From the NCBI GenBank assembly GCA_048013815.1, contig CM106585.1:6076001-6140000 (forward strand): a stretch of DNA of 64,000 bases, written 5' to 3'. Made by a program: the position numbers and the translations under genes. This document shows positions 38,005-50,700 of this stretch, in pieces. Every line of letters begins with the position of its first letter. The stretch's first letter is position 1. This DNA comes from Setoptus koraiensis. Its lineage: Eukaryota; Animalia; Arthropoda. The notes beneath the pieces were generated by a model that made no database searches, was not told the DNA's origin, and worked only from the letters and a program-made list of their open reading frames with translations.

Positions 38005-41000
38005 ATGGCTCCGTCAGCAGACCAAGGGCCCCAAATCTTTCTACCGAGATGCACCCAATTTAAATACGTGTTGCCAATGTGGGCGCTATGCTTGATTGTG
38101 GCAACGGTGCAATTTGTTGCACAATCAGGCAACTCCACAACCAACAAACAAATCGAAATCTCTTATAGCAACTTTGAAAAAATAATCTCGCCAGAAATAA
38201 AACACATGAACAGTGAACAGCAAAGTGCCCTGAATGGCACGTCAGCCCAAAGCTGTTACGCGGCGCATTCACACAATCCAGTCGGTTCAAAAAGTTTGTT
38301 TAAGAACAGTTCGTTGCATGAAAGAAAACCGTCTGGCGATCCGAGCCCAAGTGCCCCGCGAGTGAAAAGTGTTTCGTCTCCTTGTCGAACCAATTCGAAA
38401 TGGACAGTGAAAATTCGAGGGGGATCTCGTGAGGCGAACGAAATCGCCCAATCGCTCGGCTGCCGCAATCTGGGTCTGGTGAGTATCGACTCAGTCGATT
38501 CGACTGGCTCGGCGTCTCTCAGCAACATATCCCGATAATCGCTTTCTTACCCAAATTCACCACCCAAACTTATCGCCCAAATTTATCGCCCAAACTGATC
38601 GCCCAAATTTATCGCTGGGTTTACCACTGGACGACTCTGTCTCGATGAGCCCGCAGGTGAGGGGCTTTTCGCAAATGTATCTGTTCGAGGAGAGATGCCC
38701 GCGAGAATCGGCGAGCGCCCATTCACCGAGAGCCAAGAGGGGCGATTTTGTTGAGACGACAGATCTGTTGAAATTGCACAAAAACGTCGTGTGGGCCGAA
38801 CAACAAACAATATTGACTCGCGTAAAAAGATGGAGCCCTCCGGCGGAGATTTCGCACAGTCACCCGGGCGACGGAGCCAAAAGTCAGGACAGAGCGGCGC
38901 CCGTCCGACAGCCAAGATCGTCGATACTTGGGTCGCCCCCGCAGCCAGCCCACAGCTCACAGCAGCCAGCTCGCAGCTCACAGCAGCGGCCAGCGTTGCC
39001 ATTGCCGGCAATTGCTGCCGTTGTGTATGGCGAGGGCGCCTCGATGGCCGGCGGTGCTCACGTGAAGCCGGTCGGGCGACCGCTGCAGCGGCCTCAATTC
39101 GACTCACAATTGTCAATGTCGGCAATGGCGACAGCGGCAAACGCAAATGCAAACAGCGGCCACAGCGGGCCGAGTGCCGGTCGGATTGCGCAATCGGCCC
39201 AACCGCCGCAACCATTTCAGCAGCCAGCGGTGCAGCCGATGGTGCAGCCAGCGGTGCAGCCAGTGGTGCAACCAATGGCGCAAGCTGCCAGCAGTAGCGG
39301 CAGGATGATGGGCGCCAATTGGCAGTTGGTGCTAGGCACTTCCGGTGCGGCCCTGACCAGACCGGCGCGGCCGGCCGTGCCGAACGGGGCCGCTCAGCCG
39401 CAGCGCGTGTCGCCGGTCGGCCAGCAGCACCATCAACAGACTCATTTGTCTGTCGGTCACTCAACCGGCAGCCAGGGCGCCGGTCAGAAGGTGACCGGTA
39501 CGAACGGGTCGTCGGGCGCACCAGGCGGCGCTGGCGTTCACAAAAGTGGCACAGTTTCAACTAATAACAACAAAGCGGCAATTGATGCGGCGGCGACAAC
39601 AACGCCGGCGCGCAACTACGACGACGAATTGTGGACCCATCAGTGGTATTTGCAGGAACGGGCGCCAGGGGCCCCCGTCGACCAGAATCTGGTGAGCCTG
39701 CACGTGCAGGATGTGTGGCGAATGGGCTTCACGGGCAAAAATGTGGTTGTGACAGTGATAGACGACGGCCTAGAATGGAATCACACCGATTTGGTGGCCA
39801 ATTACGACTCAATGGCCAGTTACGACTACAACAACAACAGGCCAAGTCCGTATCCGCGTTACGACAGTCTCAACAAACAAAATCACGGCACTAGATGCGC
39901 CGGCGAAATAGCCATGCAGGCCAACAACAAAAAGTGTGGCATTGGCGTGGCACCAAACGCCCAAATTGGCGCCATTAAAATATTGGACGGCGAAATAGAC
40001 GAGCACATAGAGGCCATGTCACTGATACACAATTTGCACCACATTGACATTTATTCGGCCTCGTGGGGCCCCAACGACGACGGCATGACAGTGGAGGGGC
40101 CCAAGTTGACGCAGGCGCAGGCGTTGCGCGACGGCATTGAGCGCGGCCGGCGCGGCTTGGGCGCCATCTATATCTGGGCGAGCGGAAACGGGGGCAAGGA
40201 TGGCGACAATTGCAATTGTGACGGTTACGTCAGTTCACTGTACACAATCGCGATAGGTAGCGCCACTGAGAGGGGCCATTTCCCCTATTTTGGCGAACGA
40301 TGCGCCTCAATGATGGCGGTCACGTGCAGCAGCGGAACACTGACCGACAAGAAGGTGACCACCACAGATTTGCACAACAGGTGCACCACCAATTTCGTGG
40401 GTAAGTCCATCGTGGGTCTGTCATTCATTGCGTGATTTTTTCGTGATTTTTTCATGAATTTTTCATGATTTTTTCGTGATTTGTTCGTGATTTGTTCGTG
40501 ATTTGCGCGTGATTTGCGCGTGATTTGTGCGTGATTTGTTGTGACTGAAATGAGAGAGCGCGCTTCCCCACTTCCGGTTTCGAGCCGGCATACAATCATG
40601 CGACCAGTGTGTAACAATTTTCGCCGATATCAATTCTCGCTAGGAACCTCGGCGGCGGCCCCCCTCGCGGCCGGACTGATGGCTCTGGTGCTGGAGGCCA
40701 AGTGAGTGCAAACATAACAATAACATAACCATAGTCCGATACTATTATCACTGTGCTGGCTCGGCTGTCCGATGCAACCGGTTCGACGTCGCGCTAATTA
40801 ATTGCAATTGTTCTATTCAATCATAATTTGCATGATCATTATTTGCATGATCATTATTTGCATATCGTGCCGCAATTTGCATATTCGCGAATGATGATCG
40901 CTTTGATGACAATTACGCCGGCAGTCCCAACATCACCTGGCGAGACGCCCAGCACCTGGTGGCCTGGAATTGCGACTATTATCCGCTGCGGGACAACACG

Positions 41001-42211
41001 GGCTGGTTCAGAAATTCGGCCGGACTCATGTTCAACAACAAATTTGGCTTTGGTCTCATGAACGGCAAGCTGCTTGTGGAGAGCGCGCTCGCCTGGCAAA
41101 ATGTTGCCCCCAAAGGCATTTGTACCATACCCATCACAGCCGACAGCGACCTGTTGCCGGAGAGCATCTCCACTGGGGCCCCGGCTGTGCAAGTGCAATT
41201 CCACACAGACAATTGCCACAACGAGCACACCAATCATCACAATGGGCACACTAGTCACAACAATGGGGGCCCAATCAATTATTTGGAACACGTCGAATTG
41301 ATTGCAACCATCGAGTATCCCACCAGGGGCCATTTGGAGCTGTTCTTGAGCTCGCCCACGGGCACCACGTCCAATCTGCTCACCTATCGGCCCAGAGACA
41401 AGGCCATGATGGGCTTCACCGACTGGTCCTTCATGAGCGTTCACTTTTGGGGCGAACGGGCCCAGGGCACGTGGACGTTGCGGGTGCGCGACAAGCACCG
41501 GGGCCAGTCCAAAATAGACACCGGATACCTGGTCAATGCAACACTGAAACGTGAGTCAAATTATAATTTAATTATGCGATTATTCTAATTACGATTCACC
41601 TGACTCATCTGCTATTACATCATTCTATCGCCTTTCGACACGAATCAAAAATTCAACATTCAAAAATCGAAAATTCAAAAATCAAATTTGCGGCCGGCTG
41701 AAAATTAAAATTGATCAACAATGTCGAAACAACAATCAAACAATCAGTTCACGGCACAACAACTAGACCGGCTCATATGAACAAAGCGAGAGTCTATGAA
41801 GGCGAGCACGCAATCAAGGAAACACTGCAAAAGTCAATCGTTCAAGTGGTTAGTAATCTTGTTAATTGGGTTTGATTTTGACGCATTATTGTCATTATTA
41901 TTGTGACCAGTTGACGAGTTGTGCACATTACAAATCTCAGACCCAAATTCGCAAATCAGCCAAAAACAGATCATCTAATAATATAATAATATTATAATTC
42001 TAACCACAACCATCCCTGTTCTTCTGTCCACCTATCTTATGCAAATTATCCGTTTATTCACCGACTGTTCACCACCAACCAACTGACCACCACTAACAAG
42101 GATCCGGCCACCGGCCTGCAGACCCATGACGAGGACCCCTGGGATCCCGTGTATTTCGACGACATGTCGGCAGCGTTCAACGAGGAAAGTGAGGACAGAC
42201 CCGCAAGTTGA
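38005..42211 (+). CDS. PCSK1: Neuroendocrine convertase 1 (PC1/3)-like proprotein convertase; exons 38005-38478, 38657-40400, 40644-40701, 40925-41550, 41748-41848, 42101-42211
   Basis: Has a signal-like N-terminus and a prodomain (WTVKIRGG..AQSLG; VVWAEQQTILTRVKR). Catalytic motifs DDGLEWNHTD, HGTRCAGEIAMQANN, WASGNGG and GTSAAAPLAAG are present, as is a P domain (YLEHVEL..FMSVHFWGE..GTWTLRV). Exon phases are consistent. DDGLEWNHTD and EIAMQANN are PC1/3-like. Confidence 0.9.
38563..38614. repeat. 13-bp minisatellite x4 in PC1 intron 1
   Basis: Unit CCCAAA(C/T)T(T/G)ATCG. Confidence 0.9.
40431..40544. repeat. 11-bp minisatellite about x10 in PC1 intron 2
   Basis: CGTGATTTnnn units that drift in sequence along the array. 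Confidence 0.9.
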
Positions 42212-42340
42212 GTTTGTAAATAACAACAGACGATAATAATAATAATTCGGATAATTGGCCCAACTAGAAAATCACAGCGGTGCAATAAGCGACCGAATCG
42301 GGTTATTTATTTACAGTTATTTAAACGATTATTGTCATTA

Positions 42341-43503
42341 TCAAAATGCAATAACGACGACAGAATGACCACTGCTGGCCTGCCTAAACTCTGATTCGCT
42401 CTATAAAATCGTATTATTGAAATGGCCCCAGTAAAACGCCTTTAACTTACCTTGTATGTCTACCTTGATGACTTTCCTGATCTCTTGTTGTAAGCTGTTC
42501 GATGCTTTACATTCGTACCAGCCAGAATGTTCCAATTGTGTCGATTTTATCTCAAGCTGTTCGCCTAGAAAAGACTTGACAGGAATACTTACAGAGGACG
42601 AATTAGCACGTTTAAATTGCGTTGCGTCATCTAATTTTGTCCACACAATTGAAGGTTTAGGTTGACCGCGCGCCGAGCATGTCACGGACAACTTCTGATT
42701 GAGGCCCAAATGCGTATCATGCGGTTCCACGAGCCAGCCCAATTCAACTGATCACGTTAAATAAACGAAAATATAAACAATTAGACGATAACGATTACTT
42801 GCGCTGTCAGTCAGCTCGGCTATTGATAACAATAATTAATATGATGCATAAGTATATAACAGGTAAATCCTCACCTGACACGACGAGATTGGCCGTGGCT
42901 CTGTCCGAGCCAAACGGATTTTCCGCCACACAAGTGTAGTTTGCCGCATCTTGCTCGGTCACTTTTGATATGCTCAAGAACGATTGGCCCCGTTTGTCGT
43001 TATTTTCAATTTTTATCCTCTCCAAATACTGCGAATCGTCGCCCAATGCGCCCATTTCTTGGTTGTTTTTGTACCAACTGAACTTGACCCCATCGAGATG
43101 CATCTTTGAGTGCATCAATGTGCAAATCAGCTCAACATCCGAACCCTCTGCGTAGCTTTCGGCCAGCTGGATGGGATGCAGTTTGGGTGCTGGGGAGCCT
43201 GAATAATGAGCGATAATTTGAAATGTGAGTTGGATATAAAATATGATTTAAATTAGAGTCATTCAGTAGTTATTTTGTTGGACCGATTTGAGGCTAAATT
43301 ACTTATAAATCGCTTGCTGACTTGCCTGATTTAACCGGGCTCGGTGCTGCCACTGATGAGCACGGCGAGTAGTAGTGACCTGAAAGATAATAGCACATAG
43401 CGATAACGAGCAAATTGTTGGAAAAAATCCCCTTCAATGTCGTGGCTCCGCATGGTGCCAATTGGCGGACCAATCTGTTGTTTCCTCTCTGCCGAGAGCT
43501 CAT
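42341..43503 (-). CDS. Two-Ig-domain Dscam-like protein; exons 43503-43326 (GC donor), 43198-42875, 42747-42451, then an uncertain short terminal exon near 42390-42341
   Basis: Two I-set Ig domains: ELIC..FSWYKN..DAANYTCVAENPFGSD and WLVEPHD..VTCSARGQPKPSIVW..HSGWYECKASN. Exon phases match. The start codon and last exon are uncertain. Confidence 0.75.
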
Positions 43504-44700
43504 TGTTACGAATCGCAATTTAAACTGACAGCGTCAAACTGACAGCGATTAATTGAGTTACTCAATTTGAGTATGAATCGATGAGCGAAAAATATCTGGA
43601 TATATTCGTTTTGTTTGAAAAAGAGACGTTTATTTGAAGAAAAAAAAATTGAATCGTAGCCACACGAATTCGAATTGGAAAGCATGAATTCCTCACGATC
43701 AACGGCAGTGCTCCGATCAGCTGATTCGGATAAATGTTATCGTTGTGTCGAGTGTGCATCAACAACACACACTGCTGCAGCTTGGGCCCCTCGTTGGATG
43801 CGGGCCCCAGCGGGCATCTCACAGGCTCAGCTTCACTGAATCTACTGAACGAAAAGCGAGTGTCTCGATTAGAGACTCTCGTTGAGAATCAATTAGAACT
43901 CGGCGTTCTGTCATACTGCTGTCGAAATGCACAATTGGCATAATGAGACCGTAATTGGCCGTCACTAAAATATCGCGCATCGCCTCCGCTAACTTGAAAT
44001 CCGACGAGATAACTCGATTGGGGCTCCCCGAATAAATCGAATTGTATCGAATCAATTAAGACAACATGCGAATTTCTGGCGGATATTCGATTTCATGCGA
44101 ATTGCTGGCACAGGAATGAGACGAGAGAAGGATTTGAGGCCAGCGAGTTTCAGAGAGACGAGAGAAGGAGCTTATTCAGTGAATGGCATTTGTTGGAAAT
44201 TGTTTTCTTGTTTTTGGATGACATCGTCAACGTATTGCACACAAACTTTTACATAATTTAACATAATTTTATAATGTACATTGCTACTACTGTCGTCATT
44301 TATCCGATTAACCGATCCGATGCGTTGGTGATCGGTCAAGTTTGAGCATTAATTGTCATTATCGCGCCCCCGATGCGGCGATTTTTTGTGAGCGATTGCT
44401 GAATCAAGATCACAGTAGCGGATATGTGCTCACTTGCCACAAATATTTGTATTGCTGGCGCGTATTTGTTCTGGTATCAAACTGGGCGCTCCATTCAGGC
44501 AAAATTTGGCCTTCTTCAGTTCGGGCGGCGCTAACACTTGTAGTGCGGTATTGCTGGGGGCGATCAACCAAATACCCGAAATGCGCCCCAAATATGCGGC
44601 GATTGACGGCGTCTCGGGCCCATTATCCGGCGCAATCCGGCGCGATCCGGCGTGATCCGGCGCGATCCGCGACCGCCGACGACACTCAAACGCGGACGGG

Positions 44701-47700
44701 CTAGCGATTGTGCATGGGATAGGCATCCATGACTTTGTTGCCGTGATTTCTCCTCGTCATGTTATCGGCTTGTTGCGTCGCGCTGGAGCCACTGGGGGCC
44801 GACCTGTTGTTTGGGGCCAGTTGTCTGGGCTGTTGCTGGTGCGGGATATTTGTGCTGGTGAGTTTGGGCGCGGGCTTGGTGAGCGTGGGCGACTCGCAAT
44901 CGCTCAACGACGAGCTTATGTTCAATTGGGTGCAGTGTCTACGGCCGAGGGCGCATTTTTTCACGAGCCGCCGGAAGGGCAATTCAATGAATATGGACAG
45001 TAGAAATGCCAGTGCGAATGTAATGATGACATTGCCCATAAACGAGTGGAACATCATAAATAGAGATGAGAATATTGGCTGCTCTTGGATGGCCAAAACA
45101 AATGTGTGAACATAGGGAAATATCATGTAAGCCAAGAAGCTCAATCGTCCCATTAAAACAAACACTGGCGAGCCCAATATCCGGGCCACTGTCGAGTATT
45201 GGTGATCCCTGTTTGGCACACAAACATTGTACAATATGGCGGCGCAAGCCAGCGACCAAACGAGCCGGGCGCCCGCGTTGTAGAGGGCGCCCACGAGCAG
45301 GGGCGGCAGCACGCCCATGGACCAGTTGTAGGTGGAGAAGGTGATGGCGCCCATGAGCGACAGGGCGGCCAGCCAGAAGAGCAGTCCCACGCACTTTGGG
45401 GCGTCAATTCGGTCGGGAAATTCGGTCGGGAAATTCGGTCGGGAAATTCGGTCGGGAAATTCGGTCGGGAAATTCGGGCGACAATTTGGGGCGAAAATTT
45501 GGGGCGAAAATTTGGGGTGACAAGAGAGGGCGATAACAGGTGGTTAGATGACAGCTGACAGGGACAGCTGACAGGGACAGCTGACAGTGACAGCTGACAG
45601 TGACAGCGCGTGACGGCAGTGACAACAAGAGGCGACAGGTTGTGTCAGGCGTCGTGAACTCACCTTGTCGGCGGCGCCCGAGGAGCCCGAGGCCTGGCTG
45701 CCGAACAGGCGGCTCGTGTGCCGTTTGCACACGAAGCCCATGAGCAGGCCGACGGCGAAGGGCGTCAAATGGTTCCAGGTCTTGGTGAGATGCTTGCCGA
45801 AATACAGCGCCTTGTCGTCCTTGTCCGGAAACGAGTGGAACCAGGCGGGCGGAAACTCGTTGGTGTAAATGGAAAAAAAGTTGATGAGGCAGCCGAGCGC
45901 GGCCAGCAGCGGCAAAAAGAGGGCCGGGCCCCTGAAGATGCTGTGATTGTTGCCCTCCTTCGACTCGAGCGATCGGTTGATGGCCACGATGAGCGGAATG
46001 GACAGCACCAGCAGTTGCAGCTCGACGCAGAACAGCCACGTGTGCGGCAGGCACTGCAAACGATAATGATGTGATAATCGGTTGCAATTATTACGCAATT
46101 AGCGATGTGATTATTACGCAATTAGCGATGTGATTATTACGCAATTAGTGATGTGATTATTACGCAATCATGAGGATAATTGTGAGGATAATTGTCAAGG
46201 TGAAATAGCGCAGTCAATAAACTCACCATGTGCTTGTAGGAGAGGAAGTTCTGCAGGAAGGTGAGGTCGATGAGGCCCGTGGACTTGCACACCTCCGACT
46301 GGCCGTCCACGTAGTCCTTCCAGACGGGGCTGCGATTCTCGTAGAACAGCGGCGTCAGTATGGTGAGGCCGGCCAAGAACACGATCGATGGCACGAGGCG
46401 AACGTATTTGTCAATGGTATACTTGATGAGATCCTTTATGTTTGAGTCCAGATTGTAATACGAAACGCTGAATGCCGTTATCAGAATCAATGTGTCAAAT
46501 TGTAGCGAGCTGTTAATAAGCAATTGCACGGGCCATTCCATTATGAGCCGGCGCAATGACATCATTTCGCGCAAAAATTGAAAATTTAAATTTATCGAGG
46601 CGTGCACCAGAAATATCCACAACACAACCAAAACTCGCAATCCGTAGGCGGCCATGGGTTTCGTTTGTGACAGCCTATCACAGTCGACCGAGGTGTGGTG
46701 ATCAATGGATCGGCCCAGCGACATTGAGGTGAGCAGGGCGCGCATTTTGCTCTTTTGTTTGCGGCGCATCGAGTAAACGAGCGATATGAGGCTCGACACC
46801 ATCACCACCAGCACGGCCAGCAGCATGGCCCCACTGAGAAAATAAATGTTTTACATTGTCGATTATGCAAATAACCGAATATAATATATATTCATATGTG
46901 AATGTATATGAAAAATATCGGACAGAATAAGACGCGATCGGTTGGTTAGATCGTGCCAGTCGACTAGTGAATATGATGATAGATTGAATGTGACAGATTG
47001 GGCAGCTGGCTTTTGGGGCCCTGCTTGTGAGCTTACCCCCAGGCGTAGTCGTGCCCGTCAATGGTGGAGGGCTCGTTCTCTTGGGGCTCCACGTCGCAAC
47101 GGATCACCTTGGCGCGCATCTGCACCATTTCGCTGACTGCGGGTCGGTTGAGCGGGCCGAAACAATGAGAGAAAAAATCCATTCCGTGCGCAGTGGGCAG
47201 TCGGAACCGGAAGTCGTGTTAGTATCGTCCATATGATAAAGTTATTTCGTAATTTTTTTTGTAAACGTAAGTTATCTTGTGATGCGTGTGTCTCGGAAAT
47301 CATCCGCCGCATCATCAATTTTAATTATGATTATAATCATAATTAAAATTATAATTATAATTATGAGCGCTACTCACTTTGGTTGGCCACTCGTTGAATG
47401 TCGTCGCGCGAACACAGCGACGGAACGCAAATATCCATGCGAATATTGATAAAATTAAACGCCACGGCCAGCTCAGAGAACTCGTCGAAAATCTAGCGCA
47501 GCAATTAGCAACAAATGAGAGGTGAGAGGTCGATCAATAACGGAACAATGATTGCAAAGTGAATCAGTTGTCATGCATCATGCCACGGGCAACCTACCGT
47601 TTTTTCGTAATACTTGTAGCTGCGCAACAGAGGCTTGTAGGTGGAATTGAGACCGTAAAACTGGGGCTTTTTGCCCAAATACGGCTTCAGATGCAATATA

Positions 47701-50700
47701 CAGTATCGGCCCCGGAAGTACTCCTTGTATTGGTCGGTCAGTTCTATTTCGTCGTCGTCGGGCGCTCGCACCGACAAACATTGACGGTAATTTCCGAACA
47801 TGGTGAGCGATCCCTCGAGCAAGCCAGCGGTGGGCTTTCCGGCGGCATCCAACACTGTTTTTGGGCGCGTCACATTGGTGGTCACGTGGAAAGAATTGGG
47901 GCGAAATTGTGAATTTAGTGAATGCATTGTCATGATATTGTCATTGTTTGTCACGAGATTGTCATTGTTTGTCACGAGATTGTTATTGTTTGTCATTTGT
48001 TAGTTAGTTTGTTAGCCAAGTTATTTTTGCAGGAGAAGGCGCAGTTTGTAAGTTTGGGCCGTTTTGTGATGTCATATCGCACACCCATCGCATCACAGAA
48101 TCGTGAGGTAGTTGCAATTTACGATAAACAGAAGTAGACAAGTGAACCGTGGCCGGCACGCCAATACAGTATTATACTGTAGACTACGGCGACCAGTAGA
48201 TGGCGCAACACGAACCAGTCACAACCAGTGAAATTTTATAAAATAACTTTACAAAATAATTATATAAAAATATTAATCATATTAACAATTCACTCAAAAG
48301 TATAAATATAAACGTTCGTAAGCTGGCTGCGATCCAAAAACACGAGTCACGTAATGACGTGGCGACGCAATGATAAGCAAGTATTTGTGCAATGTAGCTT
48401 GCCGATGATTATTTATCTTGGACAATAATTAATCGTTGTATCGATTACGAGAGGGCCGTTGCGGCTGGACAAGGGCGAGCGGCAGCCGCGACACAATTAG
48501 AAATTTAATCATTCAAAAATCATTGATGATACGATGGTGATAATCGGCCAACAATCGACTGTTTGACTGACAGCTCGACCATTATGATCGTATCGAGTGA
48601 AATGATCGTATCGGCTGATATCATCGTATCGAGTGGCGTCATTACGCTGTCGACCATTATCATTATGTCGACTATTAGTGTGCGGCCAGAGCGGGCACTG
48701 TTAATTGGTCGCTGTTGCTCATGCTGGCGATGATAATGAAATTGAAATGAATGGCGAGCTCGTTGGCCAGCGATTGTCAGGGAGATTGAAGAATCGTTGA
48801 GATTGAATCATTTTGGATTTGGATTTGTTGGCTTGGATCGCTCACTCCTAGAGACGCCCCCTAGAGAGGAATCTAAGATTGTGCTCGGATTGCGGCCTAG
48901 ACGATTGAATATAATATATTACATAATACATGTTATATAATATATATTGCGATAGATATTGCGCATTATCTAATATAGGCAGTCGTCATAGTTGTCATGA
49001 TGGTCGCAACGGTTGCAAATCATCATGGCTGCCGACTGACGCTGTCTGACTGATCTGTGGGCTATCGGTAACAAGTTTTAAAAATAGCAAATGATGAATC
49101 GACGCGTTATCGCGCTATATTTACCTGGCCGGCGCCGCTTTGCTGCCTCTTGGCCAATTAAATATTGGCCGCCGTGCTTGCGTTTGGCTTACAACACTTA
49201 CAACACGTTACACAATGAGCAATAACGGTATATTTAGACAGACACCTGTTGTGCGCAGCGCGTACCCGAGTAACTTCATCCAGTTGCCACTGGCGCTACC
49301 AGAAAGTGTTGTTGTTGTCGTGGTTGTTGTCGTTGTTGTCGTTGTTGTTGTTGTTGCTGTTATGTAACGGTATTTGTTGTGGCTGAATAACAAGTGGCTG
49401 TGCAGACAAGTTGTTTACAGAGCGAAAGAGCAAATTCGAGGTCGCGCAAGTACCGTTATAACGATAATTGCATCATGCCAGACAGTGCGCTATCTCATTA
49501 ACTCTGACACGTCAACACACACACACACTCTGTCTATCGCGCACTTGTTGCTGTTGCACAATACCTATTACATAATACATAATAATAATGATAATATCAT
49601 GATCAACGTGCTGTTGTTACACGTTCAATGAGGACAAAATTATCGCTTCAGCAAATCGCTCGCTCGGCTGGCCAAAATGAACTTTTGTGTTGGTTGTTAA
49701 CGCTTTTGTTGTTGCTCTCACTGGTTGTCAGCCACTGGCAACTACAAAAGCCCGGCCACTTTCAATGTATCAACAATCTGGCCAATCGACAGTCTTGCCG
49801 AGATCTGGCCACTGTTGTCAGATTTACGTTACTGTTGTGGGCTAAACTTGCGAGCCAGTTGTCGACGCCAATTGACTTATCGCAACGAGATAATAACTGT
49901 CAAGATGAGCGGCGACAAAGTGACAAAAGCCAGTCGGCACCCGACAATCGGCCCAGTGCAATTGTCGCTGAAAATCATATTGTCATAACAGGAAAATCAT
50001 ATTGTCATATCAGGAAAATCATATTGTCATATTAGGAAAAGGATTTCCTTTGTGTCACTGTGATAGTTGCGCAATTGTGCGCTGTGACAGCGATAATAAG
50101 CAACGATAACAATAAATAAGTGATCGCACTTGCGACACATTCTTAAGTAATTATCAATTAATTAATTAGCGGCCCGCCAAGCGCAAATTGCTGGGCAGCG
50201 TCTCGCTGACGCTGTCACTCGATAATTAATTAGTTAACAAACTCTCTGTTCATGGAATTGATTCACGGCGATCGCTTCACACCGCTCTCGTGTCGATGAT
50301 CTGTGCACCTGGGGCCTCAATTGATCGTTGTGTCGATTGCGGGGGGCCCTTGCAACCGCTTGGTCAGTCGAAAGCGCAATCGGTGATGTGGGGCCGAACA
50401 GCTCGAGCGAGAACAACAAAACCCGCCGCAAAAATAAACAAAATGCCGAAAAAATGAATAAAATTCCGCAAAAATAAACAAAATGCCGAAAAAATTTCAA
50501 AAAAATGCCGAAAAAATTTCAAAAAAATGCCGAAAAAATTTCAAAAAAATGCCGGAAAAAACAACCGCTGCAGCTACTTACTTTGCACGGCCCATGTTCG
50601 CAAATTCTTCAGGTTGAGTATCCATTTCAGCAGTCCGCCGGCGCAATTTCCGGTAACGCGGTTCGTCATGGACACCATGCGCGGGCTGATGCTTTTCAGC

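Noticed and set aside
38583-39560. 325-aa minus-strand ORF, and likewise 40854-41498, 45404-46087 and 61917-62885
   Set aside because: Antisense shadows of GC-rich real exons.
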